Below are positions 26,502-39,640 of a stretch of 64,000 nt of DNA, piece after piece. The notes beneath the pieces are model-generated. The model did not search any database. It saw nothing but the letters and a program-made list of their open reading frames with translations, and was not told where the DNA came from. Every line of letters starts with the position of its first letter. Position 1 is the first letter of the stretch. Position numbers and translations under genes: made by a program. The stretch is taken from positions 49,292,001-49,356,000 of the forward strand of contig NC_045696.1 of assembly GCF_009834535.1 (NCBI RefSeq), read 5' to 3'. The DNA is from Camelus ferus. Lineage: Eukaryota.

Positions 26502-26940
26502 TGTATTCATTTCCTAGAGCTGTCATAAGAAATTACCACCAACTTGGTGGCTAAAAACAACATAAATTTATTCTCAGGCAGTTCTGGAGGCTAGAAGTCT
26601 GAAATCAAGGTGTCGGCCGGGACTTGCCTCCTCTGAAGGCTCTGAGGCAGACACCTTCCTTGCTTCTTTCAGTTTCTCCTGGCTCCAGGGCTTTCTTGGC
26701 TTGGGGTAGCATAACTCTAGTCTGCCTCCATCTTCACATGGCCTTCATCTCTGCATCCTTCTGGGTCATCTCCTTATAAGGACACTTGTCATTGTGTTTG
26801 AGCCCACCCTAAATCTAGGATGATTTAATCACGAGGTTCTTAACTAACTACATCTACAAAGACACTATTTCCAAAAAAGGTCATGTTCTGAGGTTCCAGG
26901 TGGACGTGAATTTTTGGATGACACTATTCAACACACTGCA
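26502..26940 (-). mobile_element. MLT1B/C-like solo LTR
   Basis: tgtattcatttcctagagctg...cagttctggaggctagaagtctgaaatcaaggtgtcgg...tttccaaaaaaggtca...gacactattcaacac. Confidence 0.88.
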
Positions 26941-27179
26941 ACAGCAGAAGCATGTAAGGTAAAAGCTGAAAGGAGGAGAACTAAAGATCGTCAAGTCCAA
27001 CCCTTTTATTCTGCAGGTGAGGTAACAAAAGATGAGTTACCCAAACTTAAATGGGTTGTTAGCGAGAGAAATAGTTTTCAGCCTCAGTGGTAGATACACT
27101 GGGCTATGTGGAGAGAGGAGTAAGTTTAAGAGGAAAAGAGAGTGTAGCAGTTTTGTTTTTTTTTTTCAACTGGCTGCAA

Positions 27180-27660
27180 GTTCTTTGGCACCCCTTCCGT
27201 TGAGAGCTCAGGTCTGTGTCTCCTCCCCTGGACAAGGAGGGCCTGCTTGGACCACTGGCGTGAGGGGTGGTGATGCTGTGGCTGCTGAGCTGGGCTAGTG
27301 AGAGGTGAGGCAGCTCTGCCACGTTCACTGCAGTGCTCTGTTTTGGAGCCCTGAGTCACTGTGTAAGAAGTCTGACAACCCTGAGGGCACCGTGCTCTGA
27401 GGAAGTCAAGTCGCATAGACAGACCACAGATCAGTGCAGTCCAGGCACCAGCTAAGTGAGTGAAGGCGCCCCCCAGAGGATTCCAGCCCCAGCCATCCAG
27501 TCACCCCTAGGCTGTGAGTCTTCTCAGACGAGGTGCCAGACTTGGTGGAACAGAGGCAAGACATCCCATCAGTACTTAACTAATCTGTGTGTGTAATAAA
27601 ACGGAGGTTGTTTTAAGCAACAACATTTTGGAATAGATAGTTACACAGCAATAGTAACTG
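27180..27660 (+). mobile_element. MLT1-family LTR (degraded)
   Basis: gattccagccccagccatcc...ggttgttttaagc...ttacacagcaatagtaactg. Confidence 0.7.
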
Positions 27661-28189
27661 TGTGGTAATTGGATAACAAATATATATGTGTCTTTATTCT
27701 CCAGGACAGAGAAATAATCACCAGGATTGAGACCAGTTTAATTCCAACAAGGATAGACTCTCCGGGGCTGCACTCTGGTGAATGCTGACCCCACTGAGAA
27801 AAGGAGCTCGGCCCTCTGACTGTGGGAGAGGCAGGGGGGTTAGCTCATTGTCGTTTGTCTCTTTAGCTGAGGGTGTGGCCGCATAATTGTTGCTCTGACC
27901 AGCCGACTGGAGAGAGTGCAGGTTTAAAGGACAGAGTTCACTATTAAAGAGCAGTTGAACCCCCAAACTTATAAACTCTTCTCTCTGGGTTTTTGGTGCT
28001 GAAAATAAATGAAATCTGGAGTCTGGTGTGACACAGCCATCCTGCATTCTTAGGCAGAGATGAAAGTAAACCAGAGGTCACTGGCTTTTACAGAGAGACA
28101 AAAACAAACAAACAAAAACCTCTATAATTTCTCCTGTCTCAAGCAAAGGATGGATCTGTCTGCATGCATCTTTTCAGGCAAGGTACCAT

Positions 28190-28510
28190 TAATTAGCCAA
28201 ATGTGAAGAATACCCATAGGCCAGGTACTTTTTTGGTCCTAGGGATACAAGTATACAAGAGTGATGTGTGTGTGACAAAGAAGCATTCCTTTATTATGTA
28301 ACCTACATTCTAGAAGGGAGAGATAGACAATGACTATCTGAAGTAATATTTGGGTAATGTGAAGTACCTTGAAGACAATTAAATAGGAGAATGTGGAAAA
28401 ACAACATGTGTATGTAGGGGTTGTTTAAAAGGAGTGCTAAGGAAGGCCTCTCTTTACAAGGCCTTACATTTGAGTTGAGTGAGTCTTCAATGATCTGGGC
28501 AAAGAGCATG
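28190..28510 (-). mobile_element. L2 fragment
   Basis: cctacattctagaagggagagatagacaa...gctaaggaaggcctctc...acatttgagttgag. Confidence 0.6.
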
Positions 28511-29226
28511 ACTCACAGCCTCAGCTAGCATGGGTTGGTGTCTGCAGGTGGCTGACCTATTTGAAGGTCAAGTGTATAGAAGATTTCTCAATTCAGTGAT
28601 CACAAGTTGTGAACTTGTCCTGGTTAGGAGTCACTGCTGATTCTAAAACTTCTCAGTGGTAAGTGCTCCAGCAGACCAGTTTCCCAGTTCTCTTATGGGC
28701 AGTTGAATTCTGAGTAGATGGAATGCCAGTGATGGATTTGTGCCTAGGTGCTAAAGTGCCCCCAGGATCTATTTTAAACAAAGTTTAAAATTAAGCCCTA
28801 AATATCATGCTCTATAAATGGAATGGCATTTATAATGTATGTAGAAAACAAAAAAGAACTACCACCAATCACCTTCTATAAAGAAAGTAATCAGGAAGTA
28901 AAAAAATAGATGAATAAACAAACAAATACATACAGAAACATGACTGGACAGAGACTCCCAGATGGACATAGGTAAATGTGATGAAAACATAGTTTATATT
29001 CTGTGTCTGATAATTTAGGTATCTACATACTTTGTAGGTAGAATTCTCTAATTAGTTATTTCTGTTGTCACCCATGCGACCTTATTCCTTAAATGTCAGT
29101 GACTGCTTTTCCTAAAACAATTGCGAGCTTGTATTCCTTATAACTTTCCCTTGAGGTTTGTGTTTCAAGTTTGCTTAACCAGAGAGCATTAGTGTTGGCT
29201 TCTGCCAACTTGAAATCACTTTAAAC

Positions 29227-29560
29227 CAGGGGACAGCAAACTTTTGCTGTCAGGGGCCAGAGGGTAAATATTTTAGGCATTGTGGGCTGTGTAGTCCCTG
29301 TGACAATGACTCAGTTCTGCCGTCGTAGACTGGAAGGATGTATAGTCAGTGTGCAGACAAATGGGCATGACTATGCTCCAGTGAAACTTTATTGGAGACT
29401 GAAATTTGAATTTTATATAATATTCATATATCGTGAAATATTATCTTCTTTTGATTTTCTTTCAACCATTCAAACATGCAAAAGCCACTTTAGCTCATGG
29501 ACTGTGCAAAAGCAGATGGCAGACTGGATCTGGTCATGGACCATGGCTTGCCAATGCCTG
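29227..29560 (+). mobile_element. MER58B-like hAT-Charlie MITE
   Basis: TIRs caggggacagcaaac / gcttgccaatgcctg; internal ggccagagggtaaatattttaggc; 8-bp TSD-like flanks ctttaaac / ttttagac. Confidence 0.88.
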
Positions 29561-30499
29561 TTTTAGACTAAATTTTCAGCATGTGGTTTTTTTGAGTCCT
29601 ACAATCAGTGTGCATTTTAGCCCTAAATTTGTGTGACAGCAGAGTTGTGGTTAAGATTTCAGAGGAATCATTTTCTCTTCTCCCCTTTTCCCAGAGCCAA
29701 GGCCAAGGTGGATAAATATCCTACCGCTTCTCTCTGTGAGGCAGTTTTTTCCCTAGTTTACCTACAGAAACTTGCAGGGGCCTTGCTTGATACCGATGTC
29801 CCCGATCTGCATTCCCACCTCAAGTGGCATCCTCATGGTCTGCCAAAGCCAAGTTATAATCCATCAGGATTGGAAAAAGACAAATGTTAATTTTTAATAT
29901 CTAGATGATAAATTCTGATAGTCTATTTCTAGATTTGAAATTTCTTTTTTATTCTCACCTCTAAGGACATCTCTTACTTTCCCACATTTTAACCATGCAT
30001 TAAAAAAACAAGTTTTTTACATATTGCCCAGAATTTTTAGGTTTCCTGTGTATGTAACGATATTGCTGAAAACAGAAGTCTCTTTGAAATCTCTCTCCTG
30101 TGCTTTTCCCCGTATTCCACTCCTGTGCATGTTTCATGCTACTCCAGGAGGCTGGTTGTGCTTAGGAACAAAGTTGTGGGGGAAAGGAAACTTTGGGAGA
30201 ACTTGCACATTCCGGAGAGGAAGCAGGGGTAGAACAACCAAGAGACAGAGGGGTAAAGGAGTGGAATACTTTTAGAGGAGAAAAAATTCCTGAAAAGTAG
30301 CTGAAGTCAAAAATGAAGTGGTGGATATTGAAGTGGCTGAAGTCACTTTCCCACCAAAGAAGTAAAGTGTAATATTTGGATGGAAGATGAAGAAAGGTAA
30401 TTTTGCATCAGAAAACAGGGCAACAAATAGCTTGGAAGAAGGAAGGAGGCAAATTCCAGACATGGTAAAATGAATGTGCCCTGGGACTGGGGCTGTGTG

Positions 30500-30860
30500 T
30501 ATTCAAAGATGGGAGGGATGTGAATACCTGCATGAAATAAGAACCATTGTGTTTTTGCAAACAGGCAAGATGTGATGAAAACTATGACTCAGGGAAGATT
30601 AATCCTGTGGCAAAATGCAAGATGCTTTGGGTCATAAAGACAGTGGTTGCAAAGAAGGCCAACAAAGAGACTATTGAAATAATTGAGATGTGACTGTTGA
30701 AGAATTTTGCCTATGATGTTTGGTAGCCAGGAGAGGAACAGGCAGCTCTGAGAAATGTGGACAAGAAGGCAGCAGAATGTGATAACCAGCTAGAAAAGGG
30801 AGCAGATGTCAGGGAAATCTAAGGTGTGAGAGGGCACATGGATTCTAACGTGGCTTCTAA
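30500..30860 (-). mobile_element. L2 fragment
   Basis: ggaagattaatcctgtggc...agagactattgaaataattgagatg. Confidence 0.5.
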
Positions 30861-31954
30861 AGTTTCTTTTGGTTTTGCTTTAACCTCCAGAGGTATAATT
30901 TTCCAGCTCATTCAATGGGGAATCAGGTAGATTCCAAGATACAAAGATCTCAAAGTTGAAGTTTGAGTTTTATGCTATTTTTTCCTTCCAAGTTGACAGA
31001 ATTGGGAGTATGGTTTTCTCAGATCATTTCTGTCTTTATTTCCGAGCGTTGACAGTGGTGTGAGCTGGCTCCCTCAGTGTTTTCCATAGTAACACAACAC
31101 TGAGCTTCCCTGAAAGCCTTTGTGACAGCTGAGCCAGCCGACGGTCCCTGCACTGTCTTCCCACCAGCGCATGGTTGGTGAGTCAAAGGTGGCGGTTACT
31201 CACTGCGACGCAGATCAGAAGAGGAAAACTCATTTTCTATAAACCAGGGTCGAAAATTGACAATGTTCCACCTTAACAGCTTTTCATGCTTGACACACTT
31301 CAGAAGCTATTCTTTCTGACAACGTAATTAAGGATAGCGGTGGGCTTAGTGTTTTGTTTTGTCTTCTTTATTATGAAGGTGTGGTTGTAGTTTCTAAATG
31401 AATGGTCCCAAGAATAACCTTTTGGAATGGCAATGTCGCTTTTTCAGGAGGAGGCAGAATGGCCTTGCCACTTCATTTTGTAACACCTTTCTGTACCCTG
31501 GGTGTCGGTTGCCTTTTCAGAGAGCTTAATTAATTTATGAAATAGATGCTCTTGGAGGCAGAGGTACCAACTATGGCTAACTGTGGTCAGGAAGAAAACA
31601 GGCAACAAGTTAGAGGGGGAAGGTACACCAATGTCGCATTACTGCAGTGCAGCTAGAAATAACAAGCGTGGTTTTGTCTCCTTCAGGGAAGTAACCCCAC
31701 ACTTGATTTTGCTTCTATTGAGATGCTTGGAAAGAGCCATCCTGAAGGAATAATAATTTCTTAACTCACTTCTTCATGGGAGTGAAGGAAATACAATACA
31801 GAGGAAAGGAAATATATTTCTTTCTAGAGCAAGAAGGACTAGAATTTGGATGGTAGAGCTCTAACAACCGAAAAAGTTGTCCAATGTGATAAAAAGGAAT
31901 GAACTTTGGACTGGAAGTCAGAAACTTTGGTTCTAGTCTGGGTTCTGTCAATAA

Positions 31955-32200
31955 TTGCAATAGTCGCCATTTATCAAGTGCTCACCGTGTCAGACATTGG
32001 GCTGCTTTTCATACGTTATCTCATTTGATTCTTTTCACATTTCTAAAAGGAGAGTACTGTTCCTATTTCTGTTTAAACAGATGTGAAAACTGAGGCTCAG
32101 AAAGGTGAACTAGCTTGCCCAGGGCCCCACAATCCGTAGGTGCTGGTGCTGGAATCTAAACCAGTATAGGACTCCGTAGAGCTGGAGCTCTCAGTCATTG
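31955..32200 (-). mobile_element. MIR SINE
   Basis: atttatcaagtgctcaccgtgtcagac...acagatgtgaaaactgaggctcagaaaggtgaactagcttgcccagg. Confidence 0.85.
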
Positions 32201-34014
32201 CTTCCCCAAAGAGTATTTGGCCTTGGTAGACTCAACCAGCCACTTTTAGCATTAGTGGTAGTACAAAATAAGGAAATTGGCCTTGATGATGCACGAGGTT
32301 GCTTCCAATTTCAAGATCCTGTCCAATTCTGTCTTCTGATGGATGGAGTATTAAAGAGGTAACGTGATACAAACGATTAAGAATATGGGTCCCTGGCTGA
32401 GAAAAGCCAGCATTAGAGACCAGGCAGATTCCTTTGGGGAAATAAAGAGTCACCACCGCCACCGCAAACTGAGTGGTTAAGTCCTAGAAGAGTCCTGGAA
32501 AGATTTCTAAAATATTACATGTTGAGATGTCTTAGTAACAGAAGGGTGAATCCTAGTTTTGGAGACATGACTCACGGGGGATTGAAACACATTATGTGGT
32601 TTCTTTTCCCTCCTTAATCGTTGGACACTTAGAAGATGGGACCTGAAGCTGTGCAAAAATATAAGAGATTCCATTTTGAGGGATTTCTAGGTAACCTACC
32701 TTCGTTCTGGGATTTCCCACTTTTTGAAATCTTTTATCTCATTTTGAGTGGATTATTAAACATTCTCTTCTCCATACTGAACCCAAGTTGAAAACTAACC
32801 AAAACCCCGCTTAGGCCTGTAGGCAAGGAAACTCAGAATTACATGAAGATCTAGCTGTATCTCCCTCAGCGTGGGTTGAGGTCTTGACATGTGCTCACCT
32901 GGTCTGTATAGCACGGAAAGACAGTTTAGTTCTAATGAAGTGTTGTGGACAGGGATGCCGTTTAAGTTTCCCTTCTCCTCCCTCCCTTCTGTCTCCCCCA
33001 CATTTCTTTTGATTATAAGCAGTGTTATTACCCCTTAAGCAAAAAATAGGTAACATGAACAGCCAATCTGATTACAGGTGTCCTCCATCTGTCTTTCATC
33101 TTCTGATAGTGAGATAAAGCTGGCTTCTTCACTCCAAATCATTTCCATTCAGATTTTATTATCTGCATGATTTTAAAAACATTCCAGCCGATACAGTTGT
33201 TCTGGTAATCCTATGGCTAATTATGTGCAGGGCGACTACAATTTAGCTGATATGAAAAATTGTTCAGAAGGAGATGACCTCTGTGCTCTTGGTAACTGCA
33301 GTGTAGGGCCCAACCAGCTCCGTGAGGCGTGAAAAACATCTTAGTTCATTAAGATCAAAGGAGCTAGTCACTTGATCACAGTGCAGGTTTCTGCAGCTGA
33401 AAAAGTTTTTACACCAATTAACAACTTTTTAAGGCCCTCTGCTTGAATTGTTAACCTTCAAATAAGCGATCTCTGGGGAAATCATTGATGACACAGCCAC
33501 TGTCTCAAAAATTCATCCGTCTGATCTTTATTGAACTTGATGTGCAAACATTTAAATGATAATTGAAACACTAATTAAATACTGTGGGCACTTGAGTCAG
33601 GAATTCACAGAGAAAGGCTGATTTACTGTTGACAGTGTCAGGAGCCAAAAACCCAAGGCGCTGCCAGTTTGCAGCTGGAGCAGTTTAGACCCTTGGTAGG
33701 TTGCCCTGATATCTGTTGACATATGCAAGACACTTCTAGTTGTGCCATCAAATGCAACATAAGTGACACATACAGCTTGTAATCCCAACTGATCAGCAAA
33801 AAGATGTACCATCCATCCCAGAGATGTGGTATCAGTGACATTCTAGATGTGAGTGTTGATTCAGACTGGGATACAAAGGTGAAATCATAGTTTTGGATCG
33901 GGCCATTGTTTAGATTTTTATTTTTCTGTTTTTGTTGTTGTTGTTACTTTTTAGTTCAAATTTGGAAGCACTGGTGTGCACCTGTTTCTTTTCTTTTCAT
34001 TCAGTGGATTAAAG

Positions 34015-34183
34015 CAGTGGTTCTCAACCCTGACTACATATTAACATCAGCTAGAAAACACTGACGCTAGGGCTGCATTTGATGCCAGCTGTATCAGAAT
34101 CTCTGGTGATGAGGCCCAGGCACTGGCATTTTAAAGTAGCCCTGCTGGTGATATTAATGTGCGGTCATGGTTAAGAATCACTG
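34015..34183 (+). mobile_element. MER5A hAT MITE
   Basis: TIRs cagtggttctcaacc / ggttaagaatcactg; internal tcagaatctctgg..gaggcccaggca. Confidence 0.85.
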
Positions 34184-34185
34184 CA

Positions 34186-34300
34186 CTAGATGTAAGCTCC
34201 ATTAGGGCAAAAACTACGTCTAGTTCATTCACCCTTGCATTTGTAGAATGTGGTACAGGGCCTGATACATAATAGATATTTAATACATATTTTTGAGTGA
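34186..34300 (+). mobile_element. L2 3' end
   Basis: tagatgtaagctccattagggc...cctgatacataatagatatttaatacatattttt. Confidence 0.65.
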
Positions 34301-34574
34301 CATACGCTGTGTAAGAATCTTGAGTAGAGCTGAACTGGCTAGGGCCTCTATGAGGGTTACGGAGTGTACCAGGTAAATGAGGCAGGCGGTGTATTCCCAC
34401 CCTGATTCTGCTGTTGCTCCCTAGCACCAGAAATGATCCTGGGGCAAGCCCTGGGAACTTGAATGCCTTCCAAGCTGCTGTCTTTCTCTCAGTCCCTACC
34501 AGATGTGCTCCCTTCCTGTGACTCCCATGACTGGCTCCCTCTTCATTTCTCCTTGCACTCTGATTTCTTTGCAC

Positions 34575-34797
34575 TTTCCCCCTTGGCCCATTGTTAACCA
34601 CTAGTTCTCTGTATCTGAGTCTGTTTCTTTTTTGTTATATTCACTAGTTTGTTTTATTTTTTAGATGCCACATATAAGTGATAACATACCATATTTGTCT
34701 TTCTCTGACTTATTTTGCTAAGCATCAATACCCTCCAAGTCCATCCATGTTATTGCAAATGGGATAATTTCATTCTTTTTTATGGCTGAGTAGTATT

Positions 34798-34836
<39 letters not shown>

Positions 34837-37205
34837 CACATCTTTTTTATCTGTTTGTTTGTTGATGGACACTTAGTTGCTTCTGTATCTTCACTATTCT
34901 AAATAATGCTGCTATGAACATTGGGGTGCATGTATCTTTTCAAACTAGTGTTTTTGTACTCTTCAGATACAGACCCAGGAATGGAACTGCAGGGTCATAT
35001 GGTAGTTATATTTTTACTTTTTTGAGGAAGCTTCATACCGCTTTCCACAGTCACTGCACCAATTTACATTCCCACCAACAGTGTACTAGGGTTCTCTTTT
35101 CTCCACATCCTCTCCAACATTTGGTACTTATGGTCTTTTTGATGATAGCCATACTGACAGGTGTGAGGTGATACCTGATTGTGGTTTTGACTTGTATTTG
35201 TCTGATGATTAGGGATGTTTAGCATCTTTTCATGTGCCTGTTGGCTGCCTGTATGTCTTCTTTGGGAAAATACCAGTTCAGGTTTTTTGCCCTTTTTTTA
35301 AAATCAGGTTTTTGTTTGTTTATTTGTTTTATTGAGTTGTATGAACTGTTTATATATTTTGAATATTAACTCCTTATTGGTCATATCACTTGCAAATATT
35401 TTCTCCCATTCAGTAGGTTGTCTTTTCAGCTTCTTAATGGTTTCCTTGCTGTGCAAAAGCTTTTAAGTTTAGCTAGGTCCCATGAGTTTATTTTTACTTT
35501 TTTTTTTTTTTTTTTGTCTTAGGAGACAACTCCAAAACAATAGTGCTACAATTTTTGTCAAAAGGTATTCTGCCTGTTTTCTTCTAGGAATTTTATGGTT
35601 TCCAGTCTTATATTTAGATCTTTATACATTTTGAATTTATTTTTATATATGGGGTAAGGAAATGTTCTAATCTCATTCTCTTGTAGCTGCCCAGTTTTCC
35701 TAGCACTACTTATTGAAGAGATTGCTTTTTCTCCATTGTATATTCTTGCCTCCTTTGTTGCAGATTAACCGACCATAAATGCTTGGATTTATTTCTTGGC
35801 TATCTATTGTATTTCATTGATCTATGTGTCTGTTTTTGTTCCAGTATCATACTATTTTGATTACTGTAGCTTTGTAGTATAGTCTGAAGTCAGGGGACAT
35901 GATTTCTTCAGCTCTGTTCTTCTTTCTCAAGGTTGTTTTGGCTATTTGGGGTCTTTTTTGTTTCCATACAAATTTTAAAATTATTTGTTCTAGTTCTGTG
36001 CAAAATGCCACTGGTAATTTGATAGGGAATGCATTGAATCTATAGATTGCCTTGGGTAGTATGGTCATTTAACCAATATTAACTCTTTCAATCTGTAAGT
36101 GCAATATGTCTTTCCACACATTTGTTTTGTCTTCATTTTCTTTTATCACCTTATAGTTTTCCAAGTACAGGTTTTTTACATTCTTCGATAGATTTGTCCT
36201 TAGGTATTTTATTCTTTTTGATATGATTGTAAAAGTTATTTCCTTAATTTCTCTTTCTGGTAGTTCATTGTTAATGGGTAGAAATGGAACAGATTTCTAT
36301 ATATTACTTTTGTATTCTGCAACTTTACCAAATTCTTTGATGCGCTCTAGCAGTCTTTGGTGGTGTCTTTAGGATTTTCAATGTATAGTATCATGTCATC
36401 TGCAAACAGTGACAGTTTGCTTCTTTCCTTCCAGTTTTGACTTCTTTTATTTCTTTTCCTTATCTGATTACTGTAGCTAGGACTTCCAAAATAATGTTGA
36501 ATAAAAGTAGTGAGAGGGGGCATCCTTGTCTTATTCCTGATCTTAGAGGAAATGCTTTCAACTTTTTCACTGTTGAGTATGATGTTAGCTGTGGGCTTAC
36601 CATATATGGCCTCTTTTATGTTGAAGTATGTTTCCACCATACCCACTTTCTGGAGAGGTTTTATCATAAATGGATGTTGAATTTTGTCCAAAGTTTTTTC
36701 TGCATCTATTGATATGATTGTATGGTTTTTATTCTTCAGTTTGTTAATGTGGTATGTCATATTGATTGATTTGTGGATGTTGAAACATGCTTGCATCTCT
36801 GGGATAAATTCTACTTGATTGTAGTGTGTGATTCTTTTAATGTATTGTTGGATTCAGTTTTCTAATATTTTGTTGAGGATATTTGCATCTATGTTCTTCA
36901 GTGATATTGTCCTGTAATTTTCTTTATTTGTGGTATCTTTGTTTAGTTTTGATACCAAGGTGATCCTGGCCTCATAGAATGAGTTTGGAAGCATTCCTCT
37001 TGCTGCGATTTTTTGTAATACTTTGAGAAGTTTAGGTATTAACTTTCTTAAATATTTGTTAGAAATCACTTGTGAAGCCATCTAGTCCTGGACCTTTGTT
37101 TGTTGGGAGTTTAAAAAAATTTTTTTTATTACTGATTCAGTTTCATTACTGGTAATTGGTCTGTTCGTATTTTCTATTTTTCCCTGGTTCAGTCTTGGAA
37201 GATTT
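34575..37205 (-). mobile_element. LINE-1 fragment (ORF2 3' two-thirds plus 3'UTR), 5'-truncated, terminal poly-A not visible
   Basis: ORF-track hits [59 protein letters not shown]. Confidence 0.95.
34800..34834. repeat. (TG)n microsatellite
   Basis: Directly visible. Confidence 0.95.
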
Positions 37206-38544
37206 TTATTTGTAATTGCCTAGCTATAAATATATTTAGTCATCCTTATATGGTAATTTTCATGGTAATTATAGGTATTTTTGTAAACAATCGATCTCTT
37301 AATTATAAATTTTACTTCCTCTAGAAATTTAGATACTTGAGTATTGAACCGATTTTTTTTGTTAGCCACGTCTAAAGATATCAATCTTTCGATTGGTCAA
37401 AAGGTATCAAGTGCAGGTATTATTATAGAAAAAGCATATAATAGAAAAGGAGTTGGGTGTCCCAAACCACTTTTTGGCTTTATGACCATGAACAAATTAT
37501 ATGACATTCCCAAACCTCAGTGTCCTAATCTGCATAATGGGAATTTAATTTGGCAAGCTTATTGGCTATTAAGACCACCTGCCTCTCACGGTGTTAACAG
37601 TTAGCCCTAAAAGTATTTCTAATTCCATGTAATGAACACTAATAATAGCTGTATCATCAATACAGAATTGTGTGAAAAATTAAATGAAGTAACTATAAAA
37701 TACAGTTGCTCATAGAGCTCTGGGTACTGGGTGCTGGGTGCTGGATGCTGTATGACTTGATAAATGCCTACTGAAGGAATGAATTGAGTTGTATGCCAAC
37801 AAGTTACTGAGTTAAAACTACCATGTCATTAGGTAAAGTCCAGCTCTGCTGCTGTATCATTATGTTTAATCGTCTTAGTGAATTCATGGTCACATTGGTC
37901 TAAAATGAACATATGGTCACCTTGGTCTAAAGTATGTAGTTATATAATTTAGTCTAATTATGTACAAGATATATAAACCAAGTATTTTCCTTAAAAGAAC
38001 TAAATCATACTATTTTATTATTCTGTGACTTTTCTGGGCGTTTAATCTTAGCATCTGTGGTTGCTGCATTTTGATCTTTTCTAAAGCCTTTAGAGTGGTG
38101 GTAACCACCCAACTACCTTATGTTACAGATGAGGCACCATGCAGGGATGTAATCATAGTTTGAAGACAATATAAGCAATTGTTTCACTGGTTATGAGAAA
38201 ATGCTTACACAGAATTGAGTTTTTTTAAGACAGAGAAGAAAGCATTTCTCATTACTATGCAGGTTATACCTGTTCATTGAAAAAATTTAGACAATACTGA
38301 ACAGTAAAAATATAATCACTTGCTGTTCCACCACTCAAAGACCATCACTTTTAACTTATTGGTGTCTATTCCTCCAGGCTTTTAGCCATGAGCATTTTTA
38401 TGTGGTTGTAATAATCCTTGATATATAATTTTATATCCTGCTTTTTTCATTTAACATTATAACCATAGCATTTCCTAAGCTGTTAAACACGTTTTCAAAT
38501 GTCTATTTAAATGACAGCATGTATTTCATTGTGGGAGTGTGTCA

Positions 38545-39040
38545 TACAAGTGGCTGGTCTTAGAGCCACAATACCAAAACTTATTTGAAGGAATGAATGT
38601 TGACTTTGCTTTAATCACTTGGAAAGGTTGTATTCTTGTTTCAATGACATTGACATTCCTTGAATTATTTTTGAAATGACATTTTTGGAAACACCTTCAA
38701 AACAACCTAGAAAATTGATGTCATTATCTACACAATTAAAAAAAATATATATATATATATAATTTTATCTGCCTTGTTCCTTTTAATTAACTAGGAGTGT
38801 AAAGTTTGGCTATTTCTAATATCCAAATCCACGTTGAGGAAAAGCATCTATTAACACCAAAGACATTCAAGAGACTGCTGAACAGGCTTTGATGACAGTT
38901 TCCAAAGAGAAGCTTGAAAATATTTTGTGAAATGGCTTGGGTAAGGATAAATTATACTTTCTTACAGAGTGACTACTTGAGGTCAAAAAAAAAACCTAAT
39001 TCACTTAAACAAGTTTCACTATGTTTGCTAAAAATCAGGG
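38545..39040 (+). mobile_element. MARNA-like ancient mariner relic
   Basis: tttggctatttctaatatccaaatccacgttgagg...gacattcaagag...caggctttgatgacagtttccaaagag...gtgactacttga resembles the mariner transposase C-terminal region in MARNA. Confidence 0.6.
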
Positions 39041-39459
39041 GTTTTATGTTACAGTCATCCCCTCGTCTCTGAGGACCCCCGAGAGTTGATTGTTGTGGAA
39101 GTCCTAGGGGTTTAAAGTCCCTCAAGCTGCTTTGTGCCTCAGGTGTGCTGTTGAGTTTCCAGATTCCAAATTTGGATACTGCTGTCACACCAACACTCTT
39201 AAAGATGTCTCTGCTCTGATGTTAGAAGCAGAGACTCCTCCAAGGTCTTGAGGCAGAAGAGAATCCGTTGTTAGAAAAAGAAAAGAAACGAAAAGCAAAA
39301 ACCACTGCCTCGGGCCTTCCTTCTCCAGGAAACGTGTGCTGTTTGGAGTGTCACCTGTTTATTAGTGACTGCTGAGTACAGAGCCCTGTGCTGGGCATCC
39401 AGTTCTGCCTTGATGAGAGAGCACCCTGATCTTTAGCGGCTTGAATATGATTTGCATGG

Positions 39460-39640
39460 AATGGTGAAAAGAGCAGTGGCTTAGTAGTCAGGGGCCCACA
39501 ATGCTAATCAATGTTACCTCCCCTTCTAACTTAGACAAATCTCTTTTTCTGACTCAGTGTCTCCTTTTGTAAAATGGAGGGAATTGGTATGGGGGCTTTT
39601 TATGAGATGATCTCTGGATTACCATTAGGCGCTGTGACTC
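39460..39640 (+). mobile_element. MIR-family fragment
   Basis: aatggtgaaaagagcagtggctt...ctcagtgtctccttttgtaaaatggaggg. Confidence 0.6.
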
